Shown one piece after another: positions 39,605 through 49,243 of a stretch of 64,000 nucleotides of DNA. How positions within the stretch are numbered: position 1 is the stretch's first letter; each line of letters begins with the position of its first letter. Both the position numbers and the translations under genes were made by a program. The notes beneath the pieces are model-generated. The model searched no databases. It saw only the letters and a program-made list of their open reading frames with translations, and was not told the DNA's origin. The DNA is from Clostridia bacterium DTU022 (GTDB lineage Bacteria > Bacillota > Dethiobacteria > DTU022): positions 25,594 to 89,593 of the forward strand of contig LFRQ01000063.1 in assembly GCA_001512835.1 (NCBI GenBank). The letters run 5' to 3'.

Positions 39605-40068
39605 GACGAAGGGACGGGGAGACGAGTGAGTCGGAGGACGTGAGACGGGGGGACGTGACTTTATCTCATCGTGAGACGGAGGGACGGAGGCTTTGACTCG
39701 CCGGGGACGACGACTTTTGAGACGGAGAAGCAAAGGCTTTGACTTACCGGAAATCAGGCTTTGACGGAGGGACGAGACGGAGGGACGGTAACTTTGACTC
39801 ATCGGAATTCAACTTTGAAAATTACACTTTAAACCTCTTTTTTTATTCCTATGATGTTTGAAACCGCTGTGGCAGCCGGCATCCCCGTATTTGCCGCTGA
39901 CTGATGCCTGGCATGAATTTCGTGCGAGAGCAACCTTGCAAGAGATGTCCTATCTGCCCGGACTTTCAGCGGAAGCTTATTAAATTGTGAGTCAAAGTCA
40001 CCGTCCCCTTGGCTCACCCTAAAGTAAAAAAAGTGAGCCAAGGTCACCTTCCCCTTGACTCACCGTTC
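39605..40068. repeat. cluster of the GGAGGGACGGTGACTTTG(G/A)CTCATCGG repeat family
   Basis: A degenerate direct array (about 5 units, 39605-39815) is followed by a ~170-bp spacer and then two reverse-orientation copies (39987-40008, 40033-40065). Confidence 0.55.
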
Positions 40069-40109
40069 AATTTTAAAGATATGCCGGCCTGCCGGCGGAC
40101 CGGCTGCGG

Positions 40110-40937
40110 TTATTTTAAGGGAACAGCCCGCGTTACGGTGTACTCGATTATGTCTTCCATTTTATCATAGATATAGACGAACATATATTTATCCCCAATT
40201 TTCGCTATATCGTTGATAAAACTATACGACGAATCCGTAAAGGCATAATCATAGTGAATAACTGTTACTTTTCCTGCGCCGAAATCTCTTTTTTGGGAAC
40301 TGATTTCATTGATCACATACGCACCATCAGCAACTTTATTGGCGTAAAACTCGGGGTCGTTAAAGTAAGCGTCATACCCTTTTCCATGTTCCTCGTCAAA
40401 CAGACCGTGATACATAAAGAAGATATCGAGATTGAAGTCATCGACAATATCCTCTGCCCTGTCATTTATCGTATAGGGGTAGTTTTCGATGACCATCTCT
40501 CCCTCTTTCGCTCCCGGCATCGCCATTTGCATAAGCTCGCCTGTTTCTGTGTACCACAGCTCCACATACCCTTCTAACGTCTTCTGTCCATCTTCCTCTT
40601 TCGACACTGTTATGGCAAAATGCCCGGTCTTTGTGTCATGAACTGTGTCATCCCCAAGGTACTTGGAATGAAGGTAACAGGTTTCTGAAAAAAAATCATC
40701 ATAAAGGGTTATTTCGAATTCTTTAAAGTAGGCGATAAAGCTTAGATCAGTAAATTTATGAAACTCACCGTCAACGAAATACCATTCCCCCTCGGTAATC
40801 ACCGGCTCTTTGCCGGAATCACCTGTTTCCTCTTCCAAATTGCCGGGTTCGGCGCCGCCGTTTTCTTCGTCCCCGCTGCATGCCGTTAAGGTCAAGGCCA
40901 TGACCACGGCCAGCAACAATACCAAGAAGGATCTCAT
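40110..40937 (-). CDS. hypothetical lipoprotein with about 42% GC, much lower than the ~60% surroundings
   Basis: A signal peptide with lipobox LTAC is present. The mature protein is Asp/Glu/Tyr/Phe-rich with no recognised domain. AAAGGAGGAG precedes the ATG. Confidence 0.7.
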   Translation of the reverse strand: MRSFLVLLLAVVMALTLTACSGDEENGGAEPGNLEEETGDSGKEPVITEGEWYFVDGEFHKFTDLSFIAYFKEFEITLYDDFFSETCYLHSKYLGDDTVHDTKTGHFAITVSKEEDGQKTLEGYVELWYTETGELMQMAMPGAKEGEMVIENYPYTINDRAEDIVDDFNLDIFFMYHGLFDEEHGKGYDAYFNDPEFYANKVADGAYVINEISSQKRDFGAGKVTVIHYDYAFTDSSYSFINDIAKIGDKYMFVYIYDKMEDIIEYTVTRAVPLK

Positions 40938-41250
40938 TTTACTCCTCCTTTAAACTGGGCCCCAAAAAGCCCGTATTCTTTTTTTGCTAAATTGTATAAT
41001 AATTTTTTTGCACCGGAATGGCAATCACCCGGGGGGTGATTTTTGCTGTTTCTCGGCAAAGGCACCGGAAAAAAGTGAACCCGAGGGACGGTGACCGTCC
41101 CCCTGGTTCGTGCTTGGCCTGCTGGAAGGAAAAGGGAAATCACTGGAGAATTAAGTAAGGGACGGAAAAGTATTCTTTAGGAATTGCCGGCAATGGCGCG
41201 TAAACGGGGAGTTTGCCAGGAAGCCCGGCTATCGCGGGCTGGAAGCAGCC

Positions 41251-41472
41251 TTAGTCCAGCACTTTGTAACCGGCACCGGTGATGGCCTTTTCCAGCTCTT
41301 CACGCCGCAGGCGGCCCGAATCAAAAAAGACTTCCACCTCTTTTTTGTCCAGGCTGGTGCGGGCTTCCTTAACTCCCGGCAAGGCGTTTACGGCCATTTC
41401 AATCTTTTTCCGGCATTGTTCGCAGCTCATGCCTTCGACCCGGAAAAGGAGCCTTTCTGTGCTGCGGGTCAC
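41251..41472 (-). CDS. copZ: heavy-metal-associated (CopZ-like) metallochaperone
   Basis: 73 aa with the metal-binding motif GMSCEQC and a ferredoxin-like fold. GTG 41472 follows GGGGTGA. The longer listed ORF has a nonsensical N-terminal extension. Confidence 0.7.
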   Translation of the reverse strand: MTRSTERLLFRVEGMSCEQCRKKIEMAVNALPGVKEARTSLDKKEVEVFFDSGRLRREELEKAITGAGYKVLD

Positions 41473-41571
41473 GGTTATCACCCCGGCTTTTATTCTGCCC
41501 GCTGGGTTTAAAAAAATTGCGGTGCCAAATTTACAGCCTAACGGGGTCCTTGCTTGAAGGGAGGAGAATAG

Positions 41572-42465
41572 ATGCCCCTGGTCGAGATTGACGAAAATAT
41601 ATACCTGGTTCAAGGCATGAACCGGGGGAGGTATCCTTACGCCAACGGGATGCTCATCCAGGATCGCTTTACCGCCCTGGTGGATACAGGGATGGGCCCG
41701 GAGGCAATGGCAGAAGTCGCTGACAATTACCGGGTGGACCTGTTGATTATATCCCACGGTCACGAGGATCATTATGCGGCCAATCACCTGTTTCCCCAAG
41801 CCCGGGTTGCGGTACATCGCCTGGATGCCCCGGCGCTACGCTCCGTGGAGCGGCTGGTGGAGCTTTACGGCGCCGCGGGGACAGAGACGGAGGAGCCGCT
41901 GCTCCGCTTTCTAAAGGATTTTTTTAATCTAAAGGCTTCCCCGGTGGACCTGGAATTTGAAGACGGCCACATCTTTGATCTGGGCACGGTCAAACTAAAG
42001 GCGATCCATACCCCCGGCCACTCGGCGGGACACTGCTGTTTTTCCGTGGAAAACCGGGGGCTGGTTTTTCTAGGGGATATAGACCTCTCTTCTTTCGGTC
42101 CTTTCTACGGCTGCCTGGATTCGGATATTGATTCCTTCCTGGCTTCCATTGCCAGGATTCAGGAGCAGGGATTTGAAACGGCCCTCTCCGGCCACAAGGA
42201 ACCGGTTTTCGGCAGGGAAACCCTTTGGCGCTGCTTGGAAGAGTACGGGCAGATCATATTTGAACGGGAAGAGAAGCTGCTCAATTTTTTGCAGCGGGAG
42301 CGCAGCCTGGAGGAAATCGTAGAGGCCGCTTTGATATACCGCCGTTTTCCCGAGCCGGCAGACCTTTACGCCTTGCTGGAGCGAAACATGATCTCCAAGC
42401 ACCTGGAGCGACTTCTTGCGACAGGAAAAATTGTCTCATTTGGGAACAATTTTATGGCGATTTAA
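41572..42465 (+). CDS. MBL-fold metallo-hydrolase
   Basis: The HxHxDH motif (SHGHEDH) and downstream His/Asp ligands are present. GGGAGGAG precedes the start. Confidence 0.8.
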   Translation: MPLVEIDENIYLVQGMNRGRYPYANGMLIQDRFTALVDTGMGPEAMAEVADNYRVDLLIISHGHEDHYAANHLFPQARVAVHRLDAPALRSVERLVELYGAAGTETEEPLLRFLKDFFNLKASPVDLEFEDGHIFDLGTVKLKAIHTPGHSAGHCCFSVENRGLVFLGDIDLSSFGPFYGCLDSDIDSFLASIARIQEQGFETALSGHKEPVFGRETLWRCLEEYGQIIFEREEKLLNFLQRERSLEEIVEAALIYRRFPEPADLYALLERNMISKHLERLLATGKIVSFGNNFMAI

Positions 42466-42865
42466 TCAGTTAAAAAGAATAATGCCGGAATCCAAAAAAG
42501 AGTTTTTCTTTAGTAATATTGGTTGATTATAGGACTATAACTAATTTGTAACTATATTGTGACTGAGATGTAATTATGGGGTGTTATAGTAAGAGCGCCA
42601 ATAATTAGAAAGTTTTGAATAAACAATAAAGCGTTGAACATGCCCTAAAATGAAATAATCCTTGATTTAATGACTCATTTAGTTAATTTGCGCTATTGCA
42701 ATGAATTCGTAATTGCAATGTGATCAAAATGTAATTATAGGATGATATTATTGATCTCACCAAAAGTTCGAAAGTTTTGAAATAATACCAGAGAATAACA
42801 TTAGCGGTAGATATAGGAAACCGGAGGGGGTTGCTACAAAAAAGAGGCAAAGGAGGCTGAGAGAG

Positions 42866-43780
42866 ATGATATTAAGGACTTACCCAAACGAAGAAACGGA
42901 ACAGCATGAAATAAAGCAAATAGAATATCTGCAGGCATCGTTTAATTTGCCCGGGACGATGGTTGACCATTATCCTTACTCCCTGGGTAAAGTGGGCGGA
43001 AATTTATTTGAAGAAAAGTTCAGGCTGGAACTTACTGCTGTGAAAGAGCTTGATTCCGCGGATAGCAGCACATCCGGCAGCGGGAAAAGGCTGATCCGGG
43101 TCGAAAAGGGCATCCAGAGAATACAGGCCATCGTACCTGAAAGCAGCAGCCTGGAAGAAGCGGTTATAAAATTTAAAAAAGCTCTGGAATGGACGATCAG
43201 GGCCTTGAACAGTCTCATGGAATACCGGGACCCTTATACGGCCGATCACCAGAGAAGAGTTGCCTGCCTGGCGGCGGCCATCGCCCGGGAAATGGGCTTG
43301 GGCGAGGAGCAGGTGGAAGTTGTCCGCCTGGCGTCCACTATTCATGACATCGGGAAAATTTCTGTTCCTGCGGAAATATTGACCCGGCCCGGGCAGATTA
43401 GCGAGATCGAGTTTAATATGATCAAGTGCCACCCGCAAATCGGCAGCGATATTCTCAGGTCCATTGAATTTCCTTTTGCCATTGAGAAGATTATTTGCCA
43501 GCACCATGAAAAGTTTGACGGCTCCGGGTATCCCATTGGCTTGATGAGCGAGGAGATACTCCTGGAAGCCCGCATCCTGGCCGTGGCTGATGTGGTGGAG
43601 GCCATCTCTTCTCACCGCCCGTATCGGCCGGCCCTGGGAGTTGATGCCGCCCTGGCGGAGATCTCCAAGGGTAAAGGAACTCTGTATGATGCTGAAGTGG
43701 TAAATGCCTGCTTGCGGGTGTTTTCCAACAGCAATTTTGATTTTAGCGACCCGGATTGTTTGACGATTTCTTATGCTTAG
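42866..43780 (+). CDS. HD-GYP domain phosphodiesterase with an unassigned ~120-aa N-terminal domain
   Basis: HD (IHDIGK) and HD-GYP (HHEKFDGSGYP) motifs are present. The gene is about 50% GC and has an AT-rich upstream region. Confidence 0.8.
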   Translation: MILRTYPNEETEQHEIKQIEYLQASFNLPGTMVDHYPYSLGKVGGNLFEEKFRLELTAVKELDSADSSTSGSGKRLIRVEKGIQRIQAIVPESSSLEEAVIKFKKALEWTIRALNSLMEYRDPYTADHQRRVACLAAAIAREMGLGEEQVEVVRLASTIHDIGKISVPAEILTRPGQISEIEFNMIKCHPQIGSDILRSIEFPFAIEKIICQHHEKFDGSGYPIGLMSEEILLEARILAVADVVEAISSHRPYRPALGVDAALAEISKGKGTLYDAEVVNACLRVFSNSNFDFSDPDCLTISYA

Positions 43781-44455
43781 TGCTTAATCCGGTGGGGAGC
43801 CATAATGGCGGTGAGCTTTGATTGCCCAACCGGAGAAGGAATGGGTGAGAGGGACGAAGTTTTTGTACTTCCAGGCAAGTTATGTTTTATGCCAACCTGC
43901 TCGCTATGCGGAAGCAGCGCAGCAGCCTCCTTTGCCATTTCTGTACTTTTTATCCTTCGACGCATGCCGTGAAGCATGCTTTTTTTGTTTTTGGGCTGAT
44001 TGCCCAAAGGAGGTCCGGTTTTAGCCCCGAAATTGGTGCCCGCCGCAGGATTTCTCGCCACCGGATCCACCCGGAACCGATTTAAAAAAATTCCCCTTAA
44101 ACCGAAACAAGATTTATGCTGATGGCGCCTGCCGGAAAGCTTTTGTGCTCTGCTGCCGTTTTTGATTTCCTTGCTTTGATACCGATTATGCCGCCGGGAG
44201 CCCCGTTTCCCGGAGTTTTACCGTTATCGGATAGCCCGGCCGACAGTTAAACCCCGGCCGGTGGCAGCCTCCGCCGGTACAGAGGGCCAGAAAATCCCCG
44301 GGGTTTCCCGCAGGGGCTTGTCCAGGAAGCCATTAATTCCCACAGTTTTTCAGAGAAAGGAGCTCCGGGCCGGGATGGACCCCCTTTTGCGGGGAAGCGG
44401 CGGCCCGCCATAGCCGGCTATCAAGCCCTTTTTGCAGGGATAAAAGGCTTTGCGA

Positions 44456-44540
44456 GGGCAGCCGAGGGCAGCCAGGGGCAGCCGGGGGTATCCGGGAGCG
44501 TGGGCAGCCAAGGGCAGCCGGGGGTATTTGGGGGCGGGGG
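44456..44540. repeat. G-rich degenerate tandem repeat of GGGCAGCCRRG units (about 2 copies of a 44-nt super-unit)
   Basis: Seen in sequence. It is followed by a T-tract and lies upstream of the GntR regulator gene. Confidence 0.5.
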
Positions 44541-44663
44541 CAAGCCGGCGGCAGGCCGGTTTTTTTATTTTCAGGCAGGAATATCCAGACGGGAGATAGA
44601 AATTGAAGCATTAATAAATATGTCTATACATATAGACATGACACCCATGGAGATGAAGGCGCC

Positions 44664-45404
44664 ATGAAGCTGCACATCCAAAAAGGGAGCGCTGTTCCCA
44701 TCTATCATCAAATCAAGGAGCAGCTGCGGCAGGAAATCGCCCGGGGAGCGCTCAAAGAAGGCGATATGCTGCCCAATGAGGAGGTCTGGGCGCGGGAGCT
44801 GGGAATCTCCCGGATGACCCTGCGGCACGCCTTGTCTCAGCTGGTCAGCGAAGGGGTGCTGGAGCGGCGGCGGGGGCGGGGCACCATCGTGGCCAGGGCC
44901 AAAACCAGCATCAGCCCCTTCCAGTATTCCCTCTTCAGCTTCACCGAAATGTTTAGCCGGGAAGGGCTGACTGTAGGCAACCGGATCCTGGAGCAGCGGC
45001 TGGTCCCGGTGCCCGCCTGGGTGGCTCCGGAGCTGAAGCTGGAGGAAGGGGAGCAGGTGGTCTACATTAAAAACCTGCGCTTCCTCAACAATGAGCCCGC
45101 CTCCCTGGAGCACAGCTATTACCCTGCGGACCGCTTCCACTGGCTGCTTCAAGAAAACCTGGAAAACCGCTCCCTGTACAATCTTTTAAAGGAAAGAGGG
45201 GACTACCCCTTTGAAGCGAGAGATGTCCTGGTCCTGGGCGTGATCACCAGCTATGAGTCCCGGCTGCTGAAGGCTCCCCCCCGGACACCGGTTTTGCACG
45301 GTTACCGAACCGCTTTCGACCGCAATGGAGTGCCCATGGAGTACTATCATGTTATTATTCGTGGCGACCGCTACCGGCTGGTAGCCCGACCGCAACGGCT
45401 GTAG
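44664..45404 (+). CDS. GntR-family transcriptional regulator (HutC/UTRA subfamily)
   Basis: The N-terminal wHTH (ELGISRMTLRHALSQLVSEGVL) is followed by a UTRA-like effector domain. Confidence 0.85.
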   Translation: MKLHIQKGSAVPIYHQIKEQLRQEIARGALKEGDMLPNEEVWARELGISRMTLRHALSQLVSEGVLERRRGRGTIVARAKTSISPFQYSLFSFTEMFSREGLTVGNRILEQRLVPVPAWVAPELKLEEGEQVVYIKNLRFLNNEPASLEHSYYPADRFHWLLQENLENRSLYNLLKERGDYPFEARDVLVLGVITSYESRLLKAPPRTPVLHGYRTAFDRNGVPMEYYHVIIRGDRYRLVARPQRL

Positions 45405-45440
45405 CTGTTTCAATCCAACCAAAAAGGAGGAGGAAGAAGC

Positions 45441-46910
45441 TTGTCCGGATCCGTTGAAGCAATTATTCAGGAAAGCAGCATGTCTCCGGAGGAGAGTGCC
45501 GCCCTGGCCCGCGATCTGGCCAAGATCGTAGGCGAAGAGGGGGTCTCCACCAAGATGGTGGACCGCTTGGCCACCTGCCGCGACTTTTGGCCCCTTATGG
45601 GGGTCTGGTTTGTGGAAGGGAAGGTGCCCGCCCTGCCGGATGTAATCGTCTGGCCCAAGAGTACCGCCGAGGTGGCGGCGGTCCTCTCTCTGGCCAATGA
45701 ACGGGGCATTCCGGTGACTCCCTTCGGGAAGGGGTCTGGGGTTCTGGGGGGCGCCATCCCCTTGCGGGGGGGAATCGTCCTGGATACCAAGCTGATGAAG
45801 CGAGTTAAGGAGCTGGATCGGGAGAACCTCATGATTACCGTGGAACCCGGGCTGAACGGGGCCCTTTATGAGGAGTACCTCAACCGGCACGGCTTTACCG
45901 GGGGGCACTTTCCCCAGTCGGTGCGCTGCTCCAGCGTGGGAGGGTGGCTGGCCTGTCGCGCTGCCGGCCAGCTTTCCAACCGCTACGGCAAGATTGAAGA
46001 TATCGTGGTAGCCCTGGAGGCGGTGCTTCCCGACGGCACCGTTATCAGGGGGCCCAAAAAGCCCAGGACTTCTACCGGTCCCCGGATAGACCTTCTTTTC
46101 CTGGGTTCGGAAGGGACCCTGGGGGTTATCACCGAGGCCACCTTGAGCATCTGGCCCTACCCGGAGCAGAAGGCAAAGCTCTCCTATGCCTTTGACAGCC
46201 TGGAACAGGGCTTAACGGTGATTCGCAAAATCATGCAAGCCGGCGGCCGCCCGGCGGTGGTCCGGCTTTACGATTTGGACGAAACAGCCGGCCATTTCCC
46301 GGAAACCAGGGAGGCAGAGGGGCGCTGCATGCTGGTGCTCCTCATCGAGGGCGATTCAACCCTGGTCTCCGCCGAAGTAAAGCTGGCGCAGGAGTTGGCT
46401 CTGGAGGAGAAGGGGTTGGACTGCGGGGAAGCCCCCGTGGATCACTGGGATGAGCGCCGCTACAACGTAAGCCTCTCCTCCAAAATGATCCGGCAGGGCG
46501 CTGTCCTGGATACCATCGAGGTGACCGCCAACTGGGACAATGCCTTCACGGTATACAAGAACATGCGGGAAGCGCTGCTTAACGTTGAAGGAACCGCCCT
46601 GGCCTCCGGCCACTACTCCCATGTCTACCCCGAGGGAGCCTGCCTCTACATGACCATATGCGGCTTTGCTCCCGGAGACAAAACGGAGTATTACAAGCGC
46701 TTTTGGAGCGCCGCCATGGAGGCATGCCTGGCTTCCGGTGCTTCCATCGGTCACCATCACGGCTTGGGTTTGCACCGGGGATTGTGGATGGAAGAGGAGC
46801 AAGGAGAGAACCTGAAGATATTGCGCCGCATTAAGCAGGCCTTGGATCCCAAGGGAATCATGAACCCCGGCAAATTAAGTTTGGAGGTGGCCGAGAAATG
46901 GCAGAAATAG
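45441..46910 (+). CDS. FAD-linked oxidase (GlcD / D-lactate dehydrogenase-like)
   Basis: An FAD-binding PCMH domain is followed by a C-terminal oxidase domain. A TTG start follows AGGAGGAGG. Confidence 0.8.
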   Translation: MSGSVEAIIQESSMSPEESAALARDLAKIVGEEGVSTKMVDRLATCRDFWPLMGVWFVEGKVPALPDVIVWPKSTAEVAAVLSLANERGIPVTPFGKGSGVLGGAIPLRGGIVLDTKLMKRVKELDRENLMITVEPGLNGALYEEYLNRHGFTGGHFPQSVRCSSVGGWLACRAAGQLSNRYGKIEDIVVALEAVLPDGTVIRGPKKPRTSTGPRIDLLFLGSEGTLGVITEATLSIWPYPEQKAKLSYAFDSLEQGLTVIRKIMQAGGRPAVVRLYDLDETAGHFPETREAEGRCMLVLLIEGDSTLVSAEVKLAQELALEEKGLDCGEAPVDHWDERRYNVSLSSKMIRQGAVLDTIEVTANWDNAFTVYKNMREALLNVEGTALASGHYSHVYPEGACLYMTICGFAPGDKTEYYKRFWSAAMEACLASGASIGHHHGLGLHRGLWMEEEQGENLKILRRIKQALDPKGIMNPGKLSLEVAEKWQK

Positions 46911-47998
46911 ATCGCAAACTACTCTTGGACTGCGCTCTTTGTCCCAACATGTGCCGCTGCGAATGCCCTGTTGACCAGGCCCTGGGGAAGGAAGCGGTCT
47001 CCCCGACGGGCAAGGCCCGCTTTGCCCATATGATGCTGGAGGGGCAGCTGCCCTGGAGCGAAGAGTTCGTGGAGGCGGTTTACTCCTGCGTGGGCTGCAA
47101 GGGCTGCGAAACCCTCTGCCCCTTCGAGGGGCTGGAGCTGGCGGAAGAGCTGCGGCTGGTTCGCCTGGAGGCGGCCCGCCAGGGAGTCACCTTGAACTCC
47201 GTGCAGCCTTACCTGAGCAACCTGAAAAAATACGGCAGCCCCTACGGTTCCCGCGCGCCCCTAAGCGAAGAGGCCCGGGGGAGCAAGGGGGCGGAGGTTC
47301 TGGTTTTTGCCGGCTGCACCACGGTGGCCAACAACCCCGCCTCCCTGGAGGCCATCCTGGCCTTGCTGGATCGGGCCGGGGTCTCCTACCAGATGGTGGA
47401 GGAGTATTGCTGCGGCTATCCGGCGGACCTGTGGGGAGATCCGGAGCTTGCCCGCCAGCTGGCGAAAGAGAACGTCCGACTTTTTGCCGACAGCGGGGCC
47501 CGCAAGCTGATCACCAACTGCCCCGAATGTTGGCTCACCTTTAAGCGCCGCTATCCCGAGTGGGAGCAGGAACTCCCCCTGGAGGTAGTGGACGGCACCG
47601 CCTTTTTGCTGGAGCTAGTGCGGGAGGGACGCCTTAAGCCGGCAAAAGTGGAGGGGTTGGAGAAGGTTGCTTACCACGACCCCTGTGTTTGGGCTCGCTA
47701 TGAGGAGAGGACGGAGGTCCCGCGGGAGCTGCTGGCGTCTATTCCCGGCTTGAAGCTGGAAGAAGCGGCCGCCGCAGGGAAGGCCACCCGCTGCTGCGGC
47801 GGGGGTCAAATGTTCCAGCTGGCTTCTCCCGCCGGCTCCGAGGCCATAGCCCGGCGCCGCCTGGCGGAGTTCCCCGCCGGCATGCCCATAGTTACCGATT
47901 GCCCCTTCTGCCGGGAGGGGCTTAAGGTGGAAGGAGCAGAGGTGTTGGAACTGGTAGAACTGCTGCAGCGCGCCTGCTGCGGAGGAAGCGGCCGTTGA
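46898..47998 (+). CDS. Fe-S cluster/CCG-domain protein (GlcF- / HdrD-like)
   Basis: It has a CxxC…CP 4Fe-4S motif (CPNMCRCECP) and two CCG-type cysteine-rich repeats. It overlaps the upstream gene by 13 nt. Confidence 0.75.
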   Translation: MAEIDRKLLLDCALCPNMCRCECPVDQALGKEAVSPTGKARFAHMMLEGQLPWSEEFVEAVYSCVGCKGCETLCPFEGLELAEELRLVRLEAARQGVTLNSVQPYLSNLKKYGSPYGSRAPLSEEARGSKGAEVLVFAGCTTVANNPASLEAILALLDRAGVSYQMVEEYCCGYPADLWGDPELARQLAKENVRLFADSGARKLITNCPECWLTFKRRYPEWEQELPLEVVDGTAFLLELVREGRLKPAKVEGLEKVAYHDPCVWARYEERTEVPRELLASIPGLKLEEAAAAGKATRCCGGGQMFQLASPAGSEAIARRRLAEFPAGMPIVTDCPFCREGLKVEGAEVLELVELLQRACCGGSGR

Positions 47999-48046
47999 TT
48001 GTCGCTGCCGGTTGACGGGATAAAAGCAATCAGCATTTGGCGCAAA

Positions 48047-48077
48047 GGGGCTGTCTCCTGAGACAGCCCCTTTTATT
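48047..48077 (+). terminator. rho-independent terminator
   Basis: The stem GGGGCTGTCTC / GAGACAGCCCC is followed by TTTTATT. Confidence 0.7.
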
Positions 48078-48391
48078 GCCCTCACCGGGGCGCGCCGAAT
48101 TCCTGGATTCCATAATGGAACCCAGCTCAGGCGGCACGGTATCGGCCCGGCGCCGGCGGGCGTCGGGAGCGCCCGCAAGGGCTGCTGCGCGGCCGCGGCC
48201 ACGGGGCTCTTGCCGAGAGAGCGCCGGGGAGGCAAGCCTGCGGGAAAACGCCGTCCGTATTGGCCGCGGACCCGTAATTTTTTGGCAGGGACGGAAAGGG
48301 CCTTAAAATTGTCCTCTAGGAGTAAAAAAGGTGTAAAGTTCTTGCTTTTCCACTGCATAAAGGCATACAATAAAGGACAGGAGGGATGATA

Positions 48392-48766
48392 ATGCCCAGG
48401 CCGCATAAGCCGAGACGCGTCCAGGCGCTGCCCCGCGTGACGTATTTCAAGCCCGCCGGCATCCCTGTGAGACGGCTGGAAGAAGTGATCTTGACGGTGG
48501 ATGAACTGGAAGCCATCCGCTTGAAGGACCTGGAAGGCTTGGAGCAGAGCCAGTGCGCGGAGAAGATGGGAGTGGCGCAAAGCACCCTGCAGCGCATCCT
48601 GGCAACGGGTCGCAGGAAGTTGGCCCGGGCGATTGTTGAAGGCAAGGCGCTGCGCATCCAGGGAGGCGCTATCTGCTTAAGCGAAGAGTTTTGCCCCCGC
48701 TGCCACCGCCCCAGGGGAAGAAGGGGCGGCGGAGATTTCTGCCCCGAATGCCGGAAAACCGATTAA
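48392..48766 (+). CDS. DUF134/UPF0251-family putative DNA-binding protein with a C-terminal CxxC…CxxC zinc ribbon
   Basis: The N-terminus MPRPHKPRRV…FKPAGIP is the DUF134 signature, and a sigma-70 region-4-like HTH follows. ATG 48392 follows AGGAGGGA. Confidence 0.65.
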   Translation: MPRPHKPRRVQALPRVTYFKPAGIPVRRLEEVILTVDELEAIRLKDLEGLEQSQCAEKMGVAQSTLQRILATGRRKLARAIVEGKALRIQGGAICLSEEFCPRCHRPRGRRGGGDFCPECRKTD

Positions 48767-48970
48767 TCTACCCTTTCGACTCCTTTCGAACCTCCATCAA
48801 AAAGGCCTCTCAACAAGGCGATCATCCAGCTTGTTTATTCAACAGCCAGGAACCCGCCCGGCCAGCCGGCGTTCATTAACTGCTTTTTAACTGCTTCACT
48901 TTTTTCTTATTTCCTCCATAAAAGTAAGACTGTTCCAAGTAGGCTTAATAAGCTAAATTTGGACAATTGA

Positions 48971-48999
48971 TTGAAATATCTGTCACCGGATGTTATAAT
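48971..48999 (+). promoter_or_regulatory. sigma-70 promoter TTGAAA-17-TATAAT, giving a ~240-nt leader ahead of the hydrolase gene
   Basis: TTGAAA is at 48971-48976 and TATAAT at 48994-48999. Confidence 0.45.
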
Positions 49000-49243
49000 G
49001 GCATAAAACAAATTCCATGGCAGCCTGAAAGCAATCCCGCGTTTTTCTTTATCCGCCTCGACGTTCCGGAAGGGCCCTGGGCCGGGTCAGCGCCTTGGCA
49101 TCCTGGACGACCAATCTTTGTTCATTAGGAGTTGAGACCCCGGTTTGCCCGGGTGATCCGGGGTAACGGGCTTATGGAGGATTTGATGAACGGGAAGAGG
49201 GGCCGCCGGCAAATAAACCGGCTGTGGTGAATGAGGTGATTTA

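Noticed and set aside
41473-41817. Extended 188-aa form of the CopZ-like ORF
   Set aside because: The N-terminal 115 residues are Pro/His/Gly-rich with no domain. A GTG with a good RBS (GGGGTGA) sits 14 codons before the MxCxxC motif, giving a normal 73-aa metallochaperone.
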